A stretch of DNA of 52,218 nt from Thermoplasmata archaeon (lineage in GTDB: Archaea; Thermoplasmatota; Thermoplasmata; RBG-16-68-12; JAJISG01), in contig JBHIDB010000001.1 of the NCBI GenBank assembly GCA_046759865.1, positions 1-52,218 on the forward strand, written 5' to 3'. Below the pieces are notes generated by a model, which was not told the DNA's origin, did not search any database, and saw only the letters and a list, made by a program, of their open reading frames with translations. Numbering within the stretch: position 1 is the stretch's first letter; every line of letters begins with the position of its first letter. Positions 19,163-28,482 of this stretch are shown one piece after another. A program made the translations under genes and the position numbers.

Positions 19163-19849
19163 ATGGTCCACATCTCCGTCGTCATTCCGACCCGGAACGA
19201 GGAGGCCTCCATCGGGCGCGTCCTGGATGAGGTGCACGAGGCCTTTGCGGGACCCGCCCTCCCGTACGAGATTCTCATCGTGGACACCCTGTCTGAGGAC
19301 GAGACCGTGGCCATCGCGGAGGGGAAGGGGGCCCGGGTCGTCCCGGAGGATCGCCGCGGATATGGCCGGGCCTACAAGACGGGCTTTGCGGCGGCCTCCG
19401 GAGTCCTGATTGCGACACTGGACGCGGACTGCACATACCCGGCCCACGAGATCCCACGGATCGCCGCCCTCCTGGAGCAAGAACAATGGGATTTCGTCTC
19501 TTGCGACCGTTTGACGGAATTGCAACCGGAAGCCATGGAGGTCCACCACCGACTGGGAAACGCGATGCTGAACAAGACGGCGGCTCTCCTGTATGGGATC
19601 CGTCTCCGGGACTCCCAGTCGGGAATGTGGGTGTTCCGTCGCGCGATCTTGGACCGTCTTGCCTTGGGGAGCGACGGCATGCCGTTCTCCGAGGAGCTGA
19701 AGCTCGAGGTCCTGGCGAAGGGTCTGCGATTTGGCGAGGTCCCGATTCGCTACCGGCCCCGGATTGGGGAGGCCAAAATCCGGTCTCTCGCCGATGGGTG
19801 GGGGAACCTGCGATTCCTAATCAAACGCAGGCTCACGAGTCCGGCGTAG
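19163..19849 (+). CDS. Family 2 glycosyltransferase, dolichyl-phosphate glycosyltransferase-like
   Basis: ISVVIPTRNEEASIGRVLDEV...ILIVDTLSEDET...RGYGRAYKTG...LDADCTYP, a Dpm1/AglJ-like pattern. Confidence 0.75.
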   Translation: MVHISVVIPTRNEEASIGRVLDEVHEAFAGPALPYEILIVDTLSEDETVAIAEGKGARVVPEDRRGYGRAYKTGFAAASGVLIATLDADCTYPAHEIPRIAALLEQEQWDFVSCDRLTELQPEAMEVHHRLGNAMLNKTAALLYGIRLRDSQSGMWVFRRAILDRLALGSDGMPFSEELKLEVLAKGLRFGEVPIRYRPRIGEAKIRSLADGWGNLRFLIKRRLTSPA

Positions 19850-20774
19850 CGGCCAGAAGCCGATCGACCATCCAGTTTGGGTCGAAGGGGACGAGGTCCC
19901 CGTACTCCTGTCCGTTCCCCAGATAGAGGACCGGCCGGCCGACCGCTCTTGCGATGCTGAGGGCCGCACCTCCCTTGGCGTCGGCGTCCACCTTGGTGAG
20001 GATCACCCCGTCGATTCCCACCGCCTCCTCGAACCCTTTCGCCTGCTCCACGGCGTCGTTCCCGGTCAGGGCGTCGCCGACGAAGAGCACCAGATCGGGT
20101 TTGGAGACCCGCCTAATCTTCTTCATCTGCTCCATCAGATTCGCCTTCGTCTGCATCCGTCCGGCCGTGTCAATCAGGACGAGATCCCGGCGGCGGGCGC
20201 GGGCGTGCTCCACAGCGTCGAAGGCCACGGCGGCGGGGTCGCTCCCGGCCTCGTGTGCGATGAGCTTCACTCCCAGATGGGCGGCATGGACCGCTAGCTG
20301 CTCGATGGCCCCCGCCCGGAAGGTGTCCCCCGCGGCAAGAACGCAGGTGAGCCCCTGGGTCTGGAACACGTGGGTAAGCTTGGCGATGACGGTGGTCTTC
20401 CCGGTGCCGTTGACGCCGACGAACATGAGGACGACGGGCTTCTCTTGCTCCTTCACGAAGGCGACGAGGTCGAGGGAGGGCACCGACAACGCGCGTTGGA
20501 GGGACCGGCGGAGCGCCTCCCAGAGCCCGGCCTTGAAACTCGTCTCCCGGGAGATGCGTTTCCCCAGGAGCTCCCCCTCCATGGATTCGGTGATTCCGGA
20601 GACGACATCCAAGGCGACGTCGGACTCCAAGAGGGCGATCTCCAGGTCGGCGAGGTAGCGGTCCAAGGCCACGCGTTTGACCTTCCGGCCGGAGGTCTCC
20701 GAAACGAGCTCTTCTAGCTCCTCCGGGGCCTTCTCCTTCCACCCCAGAAGCTTCCTGCGAAGGGTCTCAAACAC
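19833..20774 (-). CDS. ftsY: Signal recognition particle receptor FtsY
   Basis: VGVNGTGKTT, DTFRAGAIEQL, DTAGR, TKVDADAKGG SRP-GTPase motifs. Start set at the GTG at 20774 (VFETLRRKL), overlapping the pfdA stop by 8 nt. The upstream part of the track ORF is out of frame with pfdA and Pro/Arg/Ser-rich. Confidence 0.9.
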   Translation of the reverse strand: MFETLRRKLLGWKEKAPEELEELVSETSGRKVKRVALDRYLADLEIALLESDVALDVVSGITESMEGELLGKRISRETSFKAGLWEALRRSLQRALSVPSLDLVAFVKEQEKPVVLMFVGVNGTGKTTVIAKLTHVFQTQGLTCVLAAGDTFRAGAIEQLAVHAAHLGVKLIAHEAGSDPAAVAFDAVEHARARRRDLVLIDTAGRMQTKANLMEQMKKIRRVSKPDLVLFVGDALTGNDAVEQAKGFEEAVGIDGVILTKVDADAKGGAALSIARAVGRPVLYLGNGQEYGDLVPFDPNWMVDRLLAATPDS

Positions 20775-21210
20775 CCTCTCCCTCCCCCGACTCGCCCTGG
20801 GCCTTGTCGTAGGCCTCCTGGACCAAGGCCGCCTGATCGTTGGCCTGGCCTTCCATGGCGGCGATGCGCCGGAGGAGGTCCTCCTGGACCGTCGTGAGCT
20901 GGCGGATGCGGTTGTCGAGCCGCTCGATGGCCGATGCGATGCTGTCGTCCAGGGCCACCTCCGCCCCGAGTCCGACGATGCACCGCTCGACGTCTGCGAT
21001 GTGGGCGAAAAGGAAGGAGTTCGCGCCGATGGGGACGAGGATCTCGGTTCCGACGGGGGCGTCCTTGTACTCCGCCATGGTGTCTCGGGCGCGTGTGTAT
21101 TCCTGCAGGGAGTAGCGGAGAGCCTCTTCCTGCCGTGTGAGGGCGTCCATCTGGGCCCGGGTGGTCTCCAGGGCGGCCACCGCCTGCTGGAGCCCCACTT
21201 CCTCGGCCAC
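20767..21210 (-). CDS. pfdA: Prefoldin alpha subunit
   Basis: 147 aa. Two coiled-coil arms flank two beta hairpins (ILVPIGANSFLFAHI, CIVGLGAEVALD). Sits in the classic archaeal position upstream of ftsY. Confidence 0.85.
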   Translation of the reverse strand: MAEEVGLQQAVAALETTRAQMDALTRQEEALRYSLQEYTRARDTMAEYKDAPVGTEILVPIGANSFLFAHIADVERCIVGLGAEVALDDSIASAIERLDNRIRQLTTVQEDLLRRIAAMEGQANDQAALVQEAYDKAQGESGEGEGV

Positions 21211-21211
21211 C

Positions 21212-21451
21212 TCATCCCTCCCCGAGCCGGTAAGCCACCACGGGATCCTCCACCTCTTCGCGTGGCAGCTCGACGACCTCCTGAATCGTGATGTCCCGTC
21301 GCTTTGCGCGGTGCTTGCTTCCCAGATCCGAGAGGACCCGCGAAACGGCTTCCCCCTGGGTCTCGGCGGCCACCTCTTGGGCGAAGGACTGCCGGACGCG
21401 GCCCATGAGAAACGCTCCGCGGATGCGGTAGGCCTTCACGGTCCGAACCAA
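21212..21451 (-). CDS. rpl18a: 50S ribosomal protein L18Ae/LX
   Basis: 79 aa. YRIRGAFLMG...LGSKHRAKRRDITIQEV matches the LX family pattern (F.V.G.F.MG...GSKH..KR..I.I). Confidence 0.85.
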   Translation of the reverse strand: MVRTVKAYRIRGAFLMGRVRQSFAQEVAAETQGEAVSRVLSDLGSKHRAKRRDITIQEVVELPREEVEDPVVAYRLGEG

Positions 21452-21470
21452 ACGCGGTTCCGGTAAAAAC

Positions 21471-23579
21471 CTATCTTCCGCTGCGAATCCGGCGAAGGAT
21501 GGCCTTGGCGTCCGCCTCGGTGACGCCCTCCAGGGATGCCAGGTTCTTCAGCTTCACCCGCTTCAGCTTGCGAAGACTCCGAAACTCCTCCGCAATGGCG
21601 CCCACGACCGACGGGGCCAGCCCTTCGATCTCCCGGAGTGTCTTCTCGAGGTCGATCTGGTCCTGGGCCTTCCGCTGAAGGCCTTCCAGTCGCCTCGCGG
21701 ACTCCTGATCGTCCGGGTCCAATTCCGCGGCCCGTCGGAGGCTGGCGATGGCCGGTCCCTGCAGACCCAGATCCCGCTCCAGCACGCCCTTGAGGGCCCA
21801 CACCTCCGGGTCCTCGGCGGCTTCGGCCGCCGCCTCACAGAGCCGCAAGGCCTCCTCGAGCCTTCCCGCCCGAGCCGAGGCCCGAGCCTTCTTGAGTTGA
21901 AACGCAGGACTCTCGGGATCGATCGTGGAACCCTGGCCCTCCTCGAGGGCCTGGATCTTCTCCGTGAGCTCCCGGTCGTCGGGGGCCAGACGCTGTGCCT
22001 CGGAGTACGCCTCCCATGCCAGCTCGGGCTCCCCCATTCGGGCCATCAGGTCTCCCTTCCGAACCAGGGCTGTGAGTACAGCCGGGCTGCCTTGGAGGAT
22101 GGCGCTGTAGCTCTCCAGCGCCTCGTCGTGCCGCCCCTCCCCCTCAAGAAGGGTGGCCTTTTCCAAGAGCGCCCCCTGATGCCACCGGTCGAGGGCGAGG
22201 ACGCGGTCCAGGGCCCCCAGGGCATCACCTGGACGATGGACGCGTCGGAGGAGTTCTGCCATCTTCAGGAGCGCGGGTACGTTTCGCGGGTCGATAGAGA
22301 GGATAGTCTCGTAGTCCGTCAGCGCCTCCTGGAACTCACCCATGGCCAGGCGGTCCTCCGCCTTGTCGAGCAGCCCGCCAATGTCGGTCCCGGCAGCCTT
22401 CAGGGCGACTCGATCGGGGTCCTCAATGACCCGTTCGAGAGGAGGAGGGCTTCCCTCGACCGCGTGGGGTTCCACCTCGTCGGGGGGCGGAGGGAGGTCC
22501 TCTTCCAGCCTCGCCACTCCCTCGGGCTTGGCGGGGGTTTCGGGCTTCGTCGGCGGGGGGCCTTGAGGCGGGAAGGACTTGGGAGTGGGCCAGGAAGGGG
22601 GCTGGGGTCGCGTGTGGCTGGGGTAGGACCCGTAGGCGGGGTTCCATCCGCGTGGGATGGGATACCGGGCGGCTTGAACAGGCTGCCACGGCCATCGCCA
22701 GGCGACAGGGCGTCGCGGGTAGGGAGGCTGCCGGGGCAGCCACCCCTGGACCGGACGGGGCCGACGAGCCGGTCGGCGGCGACGCATGGCCGAGGGCATC
22801 GCCTTGAGACCTGCCTCCCGAAGAGGCCGCAGGTAGACCAGCCAGGCCAGGTTCGAGACCGCTACGATCCCCATGAGCAGCGCTGCGAGGTTGATGAAAC
22901 CGTTGGGAAGGCCGAGGTTCACCTTGTAGGTGAAGGCGGTGGTGGTCGCGCCCCGGTTCTCGAACGTGACGGTGTACAAGACGAGGGAGGCAGACGCGAG
23001 GGCGAAGGTGCGCTGCTGCCCTGCGGTGAGGTCCACGGTCAGGCTGGGGGGCGCGGTCCCCTGCTGAATGTGTACGCGGAGGGAGCCGCTCTCCACGACC
23101 ACCTGTAAGCTCTCGACGTGACTGATGCCCAGGGCACCTTGGCTGGTGAAGGTCACGGGGAGCGTCCCTCCGGCTTCAAGGCCCCGTTGCGAGGTCGGAG
23201 AGAGGAGGTTCAGGGTCAGGGCCTTCACGGGGGGAACGAGCAGGAGCACGGCGAGGACCAGGGCGATGGCGAAGGCCTTCTTCGCGTTCCGCCAGCTGAT
23301 GTCGACGAGGATGTACTTCTGGCCCTCTCGCGGGGCGTGGCGGATCTCCAGAAATCGGACCAGAATGAGCTCCAGAGAGATGACCGCGAATGCGATCACT
23401 AGGATGGGGAGTGCCGCCAGCAGGGGGACGTACGGTGGGTTCGCGCGAATCCCCGCGTTGGCCACCAGGAATGCCGCAACGGCCAGGATGGCGATGATCT
23501 GCAGCGGAACGAGAAGCTCCCTGAAGAGTCGAATCTGGGCGAGCTTGCGGGCGTCCTTAGGTGGGCCCTTGGATTCCAT
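21471..23579 (-). CDS. Multi-domain membrane protein: 4 predicted TM helices with an external beta domain, a Pro/Arg/Trp-rich linker, a TPR domain and a C-terminal tandem helix-hairpin-helix
   Basis: Hydrophobic segments near aa 25-45, 50-75, 100-120 and 238-258. Low-complexity segment RRRRPARRPRPVQGWLPRQPPYPRRPVAWRWPWQP. TPR-like repeats (FQEALTDYETILSIDPRNVPALLKMAELL and others). C-terminal IEGLAPSVVGAIAEEF...LASLEGVTEADAKAIL. Its start overlaps the priS 3' end by 23 nt. Confidence 0.75.
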   Translation of the reverse strand: MESKGPPKDARKLAQIRLFRELLVPLQIIAILAVAAFLVANAGIRANPPYVPLLAALPILVIAFAVISLELILVRFLEIRHAPREGQKYILVDISWRNAKKAFAIALVLAVLLLVPPVKALTLNLLSPTSQRGLEAGGTLPVTFTSQGALGISHVESLQVVVESGSLRVHIQQGTAPPSLTVDLTAGQQRTFALASASLVLYTVTFENRGATTTAFTYKVNLGLPNGFINLAALLMGIVAVSNLAWLVYLRPLREAGLKAMPSAMRRRRPARRPRPVQGWLPRQPPYPRRPVAWRWPWQPVQAARYPIPRGWNPAYGSYPSHTRPQPPSWPTPKSFPPQGPPPTKPETPAKPEGVARLEEDLPPPPDEVEPHAVEGSPPPLERVIEDPDRVALKAAGTDIGGLLDKAEDRLAMGEFQEALTDYETILSIDPRNVPALLKMAELLRRVHRPGDALGALDRVLALDRWHQGALLEKATLLEGEGRHDEALESYSAILQGSPAVLTALVRKGDLMARMGEPELAWEAYSEAQRLAPDDRELTEKIQALEEGQGSTIDPESPAFQLKKARASARAGRLEEALRLCEAAAEAAEDPEVWALKGVLERDLGLQGPAIASLRRAAELDPDDQESARRLEGLQRKAQDQIDLEKTLREIEGLAPSVVGAIAEEFRSLRKLKRVKLKNLASLEGVTEADAKAILRRIRSGR

Positions 23580-24795
23580 CGCCAGCGGTCCCCGAAGCCA
23601 AGGTGGCCATCCCTCGACACATCAGGAAGATGGCCAGATACTCGGGGACGCTGTTCTGCCCCGGTTCCACGTTAAAGGTTTCGCCCATCATATCAGTAAC
23701 AATAGCCTGGGAGGACTCGACGCGGATTTTCTCGTGGGAATACGTGCTGGGAACGGCGGCGGTCAGTGGGTCAAAGGCGTCCAGCGCACTCCGGGTCAGC
23801 GGGACCACGGTGAAACCGGTCTTGCCGTGGAGGCTGCCCATGAGGCGAATGAGGCGCTTGGTGTCAGAAGTCACAGGCTCATCCGTTGCCCCCTGGGCGT
23901 GCGCCACTCCTTGGGAGACGAGGGGGGGCCCGCTCCCGGCGGGAAGGAACTCCAGGTGGCCGGCCTCGACTCGCCTCCGCACGCCTTCCCTCCCTAGACG
24001 AAGGACGGTTTCGTAGATCCCCCGTGCCCGTTTCGGACCGACTCCCTCGAGCTGCTGCAGCGTCTTGAGGGCCTCCTCCTCTCGCAGGTCCGCCAGCTCC
24101 TCCAACCACTGTACGATGCCTCGGGTCGTTCGGCCCCGCCAACCGGCGTCCGAGGCCGGGGGGATGCGGTACCGTTTCAGGGTTCGGGTTTTCCCGCCGA
24201 ACGTGCGCTCCTCGAAGGGCTCCTGACGTCCGACGACTTGTAGGTCCAGCCCGGTCCCGGTGATGTAGTCCACGATTTCACGTCGCTCATGGCTCTGCAG
24301 GGTGAAGACACGCGGGTCGCGGACGTGGATGTGGTACCCACGGGCCCCCGAGAAGGCGATGCGGAGGTCGTCCTCCCGGAAACCCAGGTCCGTCACGAGA
24401 AAGTCATCGATCAGGCGGATGACCTGCGACTTCACCGCCTCGAGCATCCCCGCGTATCCCAGCTTCTGCCACCCGGGGATGTGGTCCGCATCCAGGTCGA
24501 AGATGAGGTCCGCACCCATCCACCCCTTCTCCCCCATCGTGGGGGCCCCCGGGGTCTCGTAGTAGGCGGCGGAGTGGTAGATGTGGGCTGGAGACTTGGA
24601 CTGGATGTAGCGGTAGAGTTCCGTCTCCTTGGGGAACCCCAGGTGACGGAGCACAAAGCCCCCCTCGAAGAGGATGAAGCCAAACTCGCGGCGGCCGAAC
24701 CGAGGCGGGAGTCGCAGGGGGTGGTCCCGGTAATACTGCGTGAACTTGGCTCGCAGATACCGCAGGGTGGACTGTCGCCTCTCGTCCTCATCCAC
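23557..24795 (-). CDS. priS: DNA primase small (catalytic) subunit PriS
   Basis: GADLIFDLDADH catalytic DxD motif and FSGARGYHIHV motif of archaeo-eukaryotic primases. Confidence 0.9.
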   Translation of the reverse strand: MDEDERRQSTLRYLRAKFTQYYRDHPLRLPPRFGRREFGFILFEGGFVLRHLGFPKETELYRYIQSKSPAHIYHSAAYYETPGAPTMGEKGWMGADLIFDLDADHIPGWQKLGYAGMLEAVKSQVIRLIDDFLVTDLGFREDDLRIAFSGARGYHIHVRDPRVFTLQSHERREIVDYITGTGLDLQVVGRQEPFEERTFGGKTRTLKRYRIPPASDAGWRGRTTRGIVQWLEELADLREEEALKTLQQLEGVGPKRARGIYETVLRLGREGVRRRVEAGHLEFLPAGSGPPLVSQGVAHAQGATDEPVTSDTKRLIRLMGSLHGKTGFTVVPLTRSALDAFDPLTAAVPSTYSHEKIRVESSQAIVTDMMGETFNVEPGQNSVPEYLAIFLMCRGMATLASGTAGDGIQGPT

Positions 24796-24868
24796 GGTTG
24801 TTCATTGGAAAGCGCCTCTTAAGCGTTGACGGGGGAGCGCCGAACGTTGGGCCCTTGAGGAAACGCGC

Positions 24869-25540
24869 CTAGGTGTCATGGGGGGCCGACTCCTCCCCCG
24901 TTGACCGGAGGTCCCAGAGGCGGACCACCTCCACCTCTGCTCCTTCGAGGAGGCTCGAGAGCCCCTGGACGTGACCGTCCCCCACGACCGCGACGATGTG
25001 ACCATACGCCTCTCGCAGCCGCCTCAACTCGCCGGCCATGTGGGCGTTCCGCCGGTCGACGAGGACCTCCTTCACGGCTGGATAGTCGCGACCCAGGTCC
25101 TCCATGAACCTCGTGGTGTCCTCCCGATATCGGTGGAGTTCCCGCTCGATCTGCTCACGTCCAACGAACATGGAGCCGAGGGCCGAGAAGAGAAGTTTGA
25201 GCAGTTCCAGCGGTCCCAGGGAGGCCCAGAGCGCCTTCCAGGCCACCCGGGCATCTAGGTCAATGAGGGCGACCGGGATGCCCAGACGCTGTCCCGCGTC
25301 CCGGGCGGCCAGCATCTCCTCCCCCACGTCCGCCCCGTACTCCTCCGCGATGCGGCGCTGAAAGCCCGCTAGGAGGCTGTAGACGCCGGGTGCCCAGCGG
25401 ATGCGATCGGGTTCCTCCAGCGCACGCATGCGGGCGGGGTCGAGCTCCAGGGCGACGAGGTCGGGTCGGCGGCTCTCAATCTCCTGATGGATGCGCGGGC
25501 CTAGCCGGAAGACGTGGCTGACGCCCAGGAGCGTGATCAT
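24869..25540 (-). CDS. TraB/GumN family protein
   Basis: MITLLGVSHVF...PDLVALELD...GVDVGEEM-type TraB pattern. Start set at the ATG at 25540, which leaves a gap to the pcm stop; the track start at 25642 would overlap pcm. Confidence 0.7.
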   Translation of the reverse strand: MITLLGVSHVFRLGPRIHQEIESRRPDLVALELDPARMRALEEPDRIRWAPGVYSLLAGFQRRIAEEYGADVGEEMLAARDAGQRLGIPVALIDLDARVAWKALWASLGPLELLKLLFSALGSMFVGREQIERELHRYREDTTRFMEDLGRDYPAVKEVLVDRRNAHMAGELRRLREAYGHIVAVVGDGHVQGLSSLLEGAEVEVVRLWDLRSTGEESAPHDT

Positions 25541-25595
25541 CCCATGGATTGGACCACGGGGGGGAGCTAAAAGGTTAGGGACCCGCTTCCACACC

Positions 25596-26252
25596 TCAAT
25601 CGAAGCCGTGCTCGCCAACCAAGGGGACGAACACCACGCCACCCAGGCTTCGTGTACTCATCTCGCCCCCCGCCTTTTCCCCGAGGATGAGGTCTTGGAA
25701 GTACCGGGTCCCTACGGGAACCAGGAGTTTGCCCCCCTCCGCTAGGTCCTCGATGAGAGGCGGGGGGATCTCCGGCGCGCCGCAGGTCACAAAAATCCGG
25801 TCGAAGGGGGCCCGCTCGGGGAATCCTTGGGATCCGTCCCGGACCAGCACCTCGACGCGGTCCCCCAGACCGAGTGCGTCGATACGAGCCTGTGCCTTCT
25901 TCGCCAGGGACCCAATTCGCTCGACCGCGGTGACGTGTCCCGTCGGCCCCACGACGTGGGCCACGAGGGCGGCATGGTACCCGGATCCCCCACCGATTTC
26001 AAGCACGGAGTGACCCTCGTGCAAGTCCAGGTACTCCAACATCATCCCAACCATGTGGGGGGCCGAGATGGTCTGGCCCGAGCCAATGCTCAGAGGCGTG
26101 TCGTAGTAGGCGCTCTCCCGCAGGCGACGTGGCACGAACCGGTGACGGGGCACGAGCCGCATGGCCTCGGTTACGCGAGGGGTCCGCAGTACGCCGTCAC
26201 GGACGAGCTGGTCCACCAACCGTTCGCGCCTCTCCGTGTACTCGTCGGCCAT
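25596..26252 (-). CDS. pcm: Protein-L-isoaspartate O-methyltransferase
   Basis: GQTISAPHMVGMMLEYL...VLEIGGGSGYHAALVA signature. Confidence 0.92.
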   Translation of the reverse strand: MADEYTERRERLVDQLVRDGVLRTPRVTEAMRLVPRHRFVPRRLRESAYYDTPLSIGSGQTISAPHMVGMMLEYLDLHEGHSVLEIGGGSGYHAALVAHVVGPTGHVTAVERIGSLAKKAQARIDALGLGDRVEVLVRDGSQGFPERAPFDRIFVTCGAPEIPPPLIEDLAEGGKLLVPVGTRYFQDLILGEKAGGEMSTRSLGGVVFVPLVGEHGFD

Positions 26253-26873
26253 CTATCCTCGCCTAGGACGTCGGTGGGAACGGGGGCGACGGACGGTCTG
26301 GCAGTACACGCGCACGATGTCTCCCGCCGGGACGACACCTTCCCGTATCGTCCCAAGCGGCGTCTTGATGCGGTGGATAACTGCCCGATCCCGGCCGAGA
26401 CGCACAAGATCGCCGACCTCGAACTCCTCCTCCGGGAGGGCGGGAACCTCGAAGGGTACGGTCCGGCGGCCCTTGTTCAAGGAGAACTTGACCTTCAGCC
26501 GATCGACCCGCTGGCTCCAAAGCGTTGTGATGATCTCGGTGGAGGCCTCCCGGACACGCTTGGCCCCGGCCTCGATGGCGGTGATTCGGACCTGTCCCCC
26601 CTCTGCCTCCATCGTGTCGCCAACCCGGACCTCCTCCCCCGGGAAGAGCTCCACTTCCTCCCGCCGAGACGTGCTTCCGTCGCTGACCACGAGGGGCACC
26701 CGGACGGGGGCCCATTCCCGGTATGTCTCGCGCCGCGTGTCCCCACAGCGAAGACACCGGAACACGCCCTCCAGGACGAGCTCCCGGCCAGGGGACAGAC
26801 GACCCCGGAGGACTCGATGGGGCGTCCGTCCGCATTTGGGACACTCCAGGTGGAGGGCGCTTGGCGGCTCCAT
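26253..26873 (-). CDS. Archaeal Zn-ribbon protein (two CxxC pairs) with a beta-rich C-terminal domain; function unknown
   Basis: LECPKCG...RCLRCGD zinc ribbon. Its stop abuts the pcm start. The start is uncertain: ATG 26873 (MEPPSAL) was chosen, while ATG 26939 is possible but overlaps the rhomboid 3' end. Confidence 0.65.
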   Translation of the reverse strand: MEPPSALHLECPKCGRTPHRVLRGRLSPGRELVLEGVFRCLRCGDTRRETYREWAPVRVPLVVSDGSTSRREEVELFPGEEVRVGDTMEAEGGQVRITAIEAGAKRVREASTEIITTLWSQRVDRLKVKFSLNKGRRTVPFEVPALPEEEFEVGDLVRLGRDRAVIHRIKTPLGTIREGVVPAGDIVRVYCQTVRRPRSHRRPRRG

Positions 26874-26914
26874 CCCATACCCATCATCGAGGTGAGGGTA
26901 TAAGGCGTCGAAGG

Positions 26915-27796
26915 TCAGAGTCGCCGTTCCCAGCCGCATTCGCTCGCTACCGCCTTCCCCCTCCGTGTCAGGGGTCCCTGGCATTGGGGACACCCGGCCT
27001 TCTCGAGAAAGTGATCCACCCATGCGTCCCGGACCTCCGCCACGCTTTCGGCCTGAATCCGAGCCAGAATCTCACGGAGCTCCTTCGTCGTGGCCAGATC
27101 GTCAAGCGTGACGAGGGGAGGCAGGGCCTCCAGCTTTCGGCGTACGATGAGAGGCGCCAGTAGGATTCCGAAGCCGATTCCTCCCATGTGGGCCGCGTGG
27201 GCGACGCCGTCCTGGACCTGGAGGAAGAGAAGCAACGCTTCCCCAAGAAGGACGACACCGACGGCCAGGTAGACTCGAACCCGGGGAAGGATCAGGAAAA
27301 CCAGGATGAAGAAGATTCGGTCGCGCGGATAGAGCGCGAGGAAGGCACCTGCGATGCCCATGATGGCGCCCGAAGCCCCCAGAGCGGCAACCGGGTTCCC
27401 CCACTCCACCAGCGCGAACACCAGGGAGGCCGCGAAGCCCGTGGAGAGGTAGACGATCGCAAAGGCTCGACCGCCGATTCGGTCTTCAAGCGGAAGGCCG
27501 AGGAGGTAGAGGAATAGGATGTTGAAGATCACATGGAGCACGCTGGCGTGGAGGAACATGCTCGTGATGAGGGTCCAGAGGCGCAACTCCACGAGGTCCT
27601 GGGGTTTGAACAGTAGGTTCTCCTCGATGAAGGCCCTCAAACCGGGGTCGGTGCTGAAGACAGCTATCAGGATGAGAAACAGGAAGAGGGCGAGGTTCGC
27701 CAGGACGAGGGTGGGCGTGAAATAGGTCTTCCGGAGGAGGGGGTAGAGGAAGCTGGCCGCGGCGACCCCGAGGACCAGAATGAGGACCCAGAGCAC
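26915..27796 (-). CDS. Rhomboid family intramembrane serine protease with a C-terminal Zn-ribbon tail
   Basis: FLHASVLHVIFNILFL, GASGAIMGIAGAF (GxSG) and AHAAHMGGIGFG (catalytic His) motifs. C-terminal CPQCQGPL...ASECGW. GTG start. Confidence 0.85.
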   Translation of the reverse strand: MLWVLILVLGVAAASFLYPLLRKTYFTPTLVLANLALFLFLILIAVFSTDPGLRAFIEENLLFKPQDLVELRLWTLITSMFLHASVLHVIFNILFLYLLGLPLEDRIGGRAFAIVYLSTGFAASLVFALVEWGNPVAALGASGAIMGIAGAFLALYPRDRIFFILVFLILPRVRVYLAVGVVLLGEALLLFLQVQDGVAHAAHMGGIGFGILLAPLIVRRKLEALPPLVTLDDLATTKELREILARIQAESVAEVRDAWVDHFLEKAGCPQCQGPLTRRGKAVASECGWERRL

Positions 27797-27841
27797 TGCG
27801 GAACCAGGGCGAGGAACTGTTATGAACCTTGGCCGGGCTGC

Positions 27842-28417
27842 ATGGCCGTGCGGCTGGATCCTAGCCTACGGGTCGAAGAGGACGACCAAGTTTACCGGCC
27901 CGCGGAGGACAGTTATCTTCTCCTCCGCGCCCTGGACCTGGCGGGCGCGTCCTCCTTTTTGGAGATTGGGACAGGCACCGGCCTCATCGCCTTGCATGCG
28001 GCCCGTCGGATCCGGACCGTGGCCACGGACATCAACCCGTTCGCCGTCTCCCTCGCCCGCGCGAACGCCCTGAGGAACGATCTCGCCCTCGATGTGGTGC
28101 GAGCGGATCTCCTTAACGGCCTCAACGGGACCTTCGACGCCATCGCCTTCAATCCGCCCTACCTCCCCCTAAAGCCCCGGGGCGAGTGGCTCGACCGGGC
28201 CTGGAGTGGAGGCCGCGGCGGGGACGAGGTCGTGCTGCGATTCCTGAAGGACGTTCCCCCGTTTCTGGCGGAAGGCGGGGCCATCTACCTCCTCCTCTCC
28301 TCCCAAAACCGCGAAGGGCTGCGCGCGGTCCAAGGATCCTTCCATTCGGAAGAGGTGGCGAGGGAGGCTCTCTCCTTTGACGAAATCCAGGTCTCACGCC
28401 TTCGCCACCGCGGCTGA
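27842..28417 (+). CDS. HemK/Mtq2-like N5-glutamine methyltransferase
   Basis: FLEIGTGTGLIALHAA (motif I) and FNPPYLP (NPPY) motifs. The 191-aa size is typical of archaeal Mtq2. Confidence 0.8.
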   Translation: MAVRLDPSLRVEEDDQVYRPAEDSYLLLRALDLAGASSFLEIGTGTGLIALHAARRIRTVATDINPFAVSLARANALRNDLALDVVRADLLNGLNGTFDAIAFNPPYLPLKPRGEWLDRAWSGGRGGDEVVLRFLKDVPPFLAEGGAIYLLLSSQNREGLRAVQGSFHSEEVAREALSFDEIQVSRLRHRG

Positions 28418-28482
28418 CGCGGCCCCGTCCGCCCGCCCAAGGAATCTATAACTACGGGCTCGTTCTTCCGACGGGTCGTCCC

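Noticed and set aside
20775-21215. N-terminal extension of the ftsY track ORF (19833-21215) and the alternative-frame ORFs 20170-20742 and 20714-20983
   Set aside because: The extension is Pro/Arg/Ser/Trp-rich and overlaps the bona fide prefoldin alpha gene in another frame. FtsY homology starts at VFETLRRKL.
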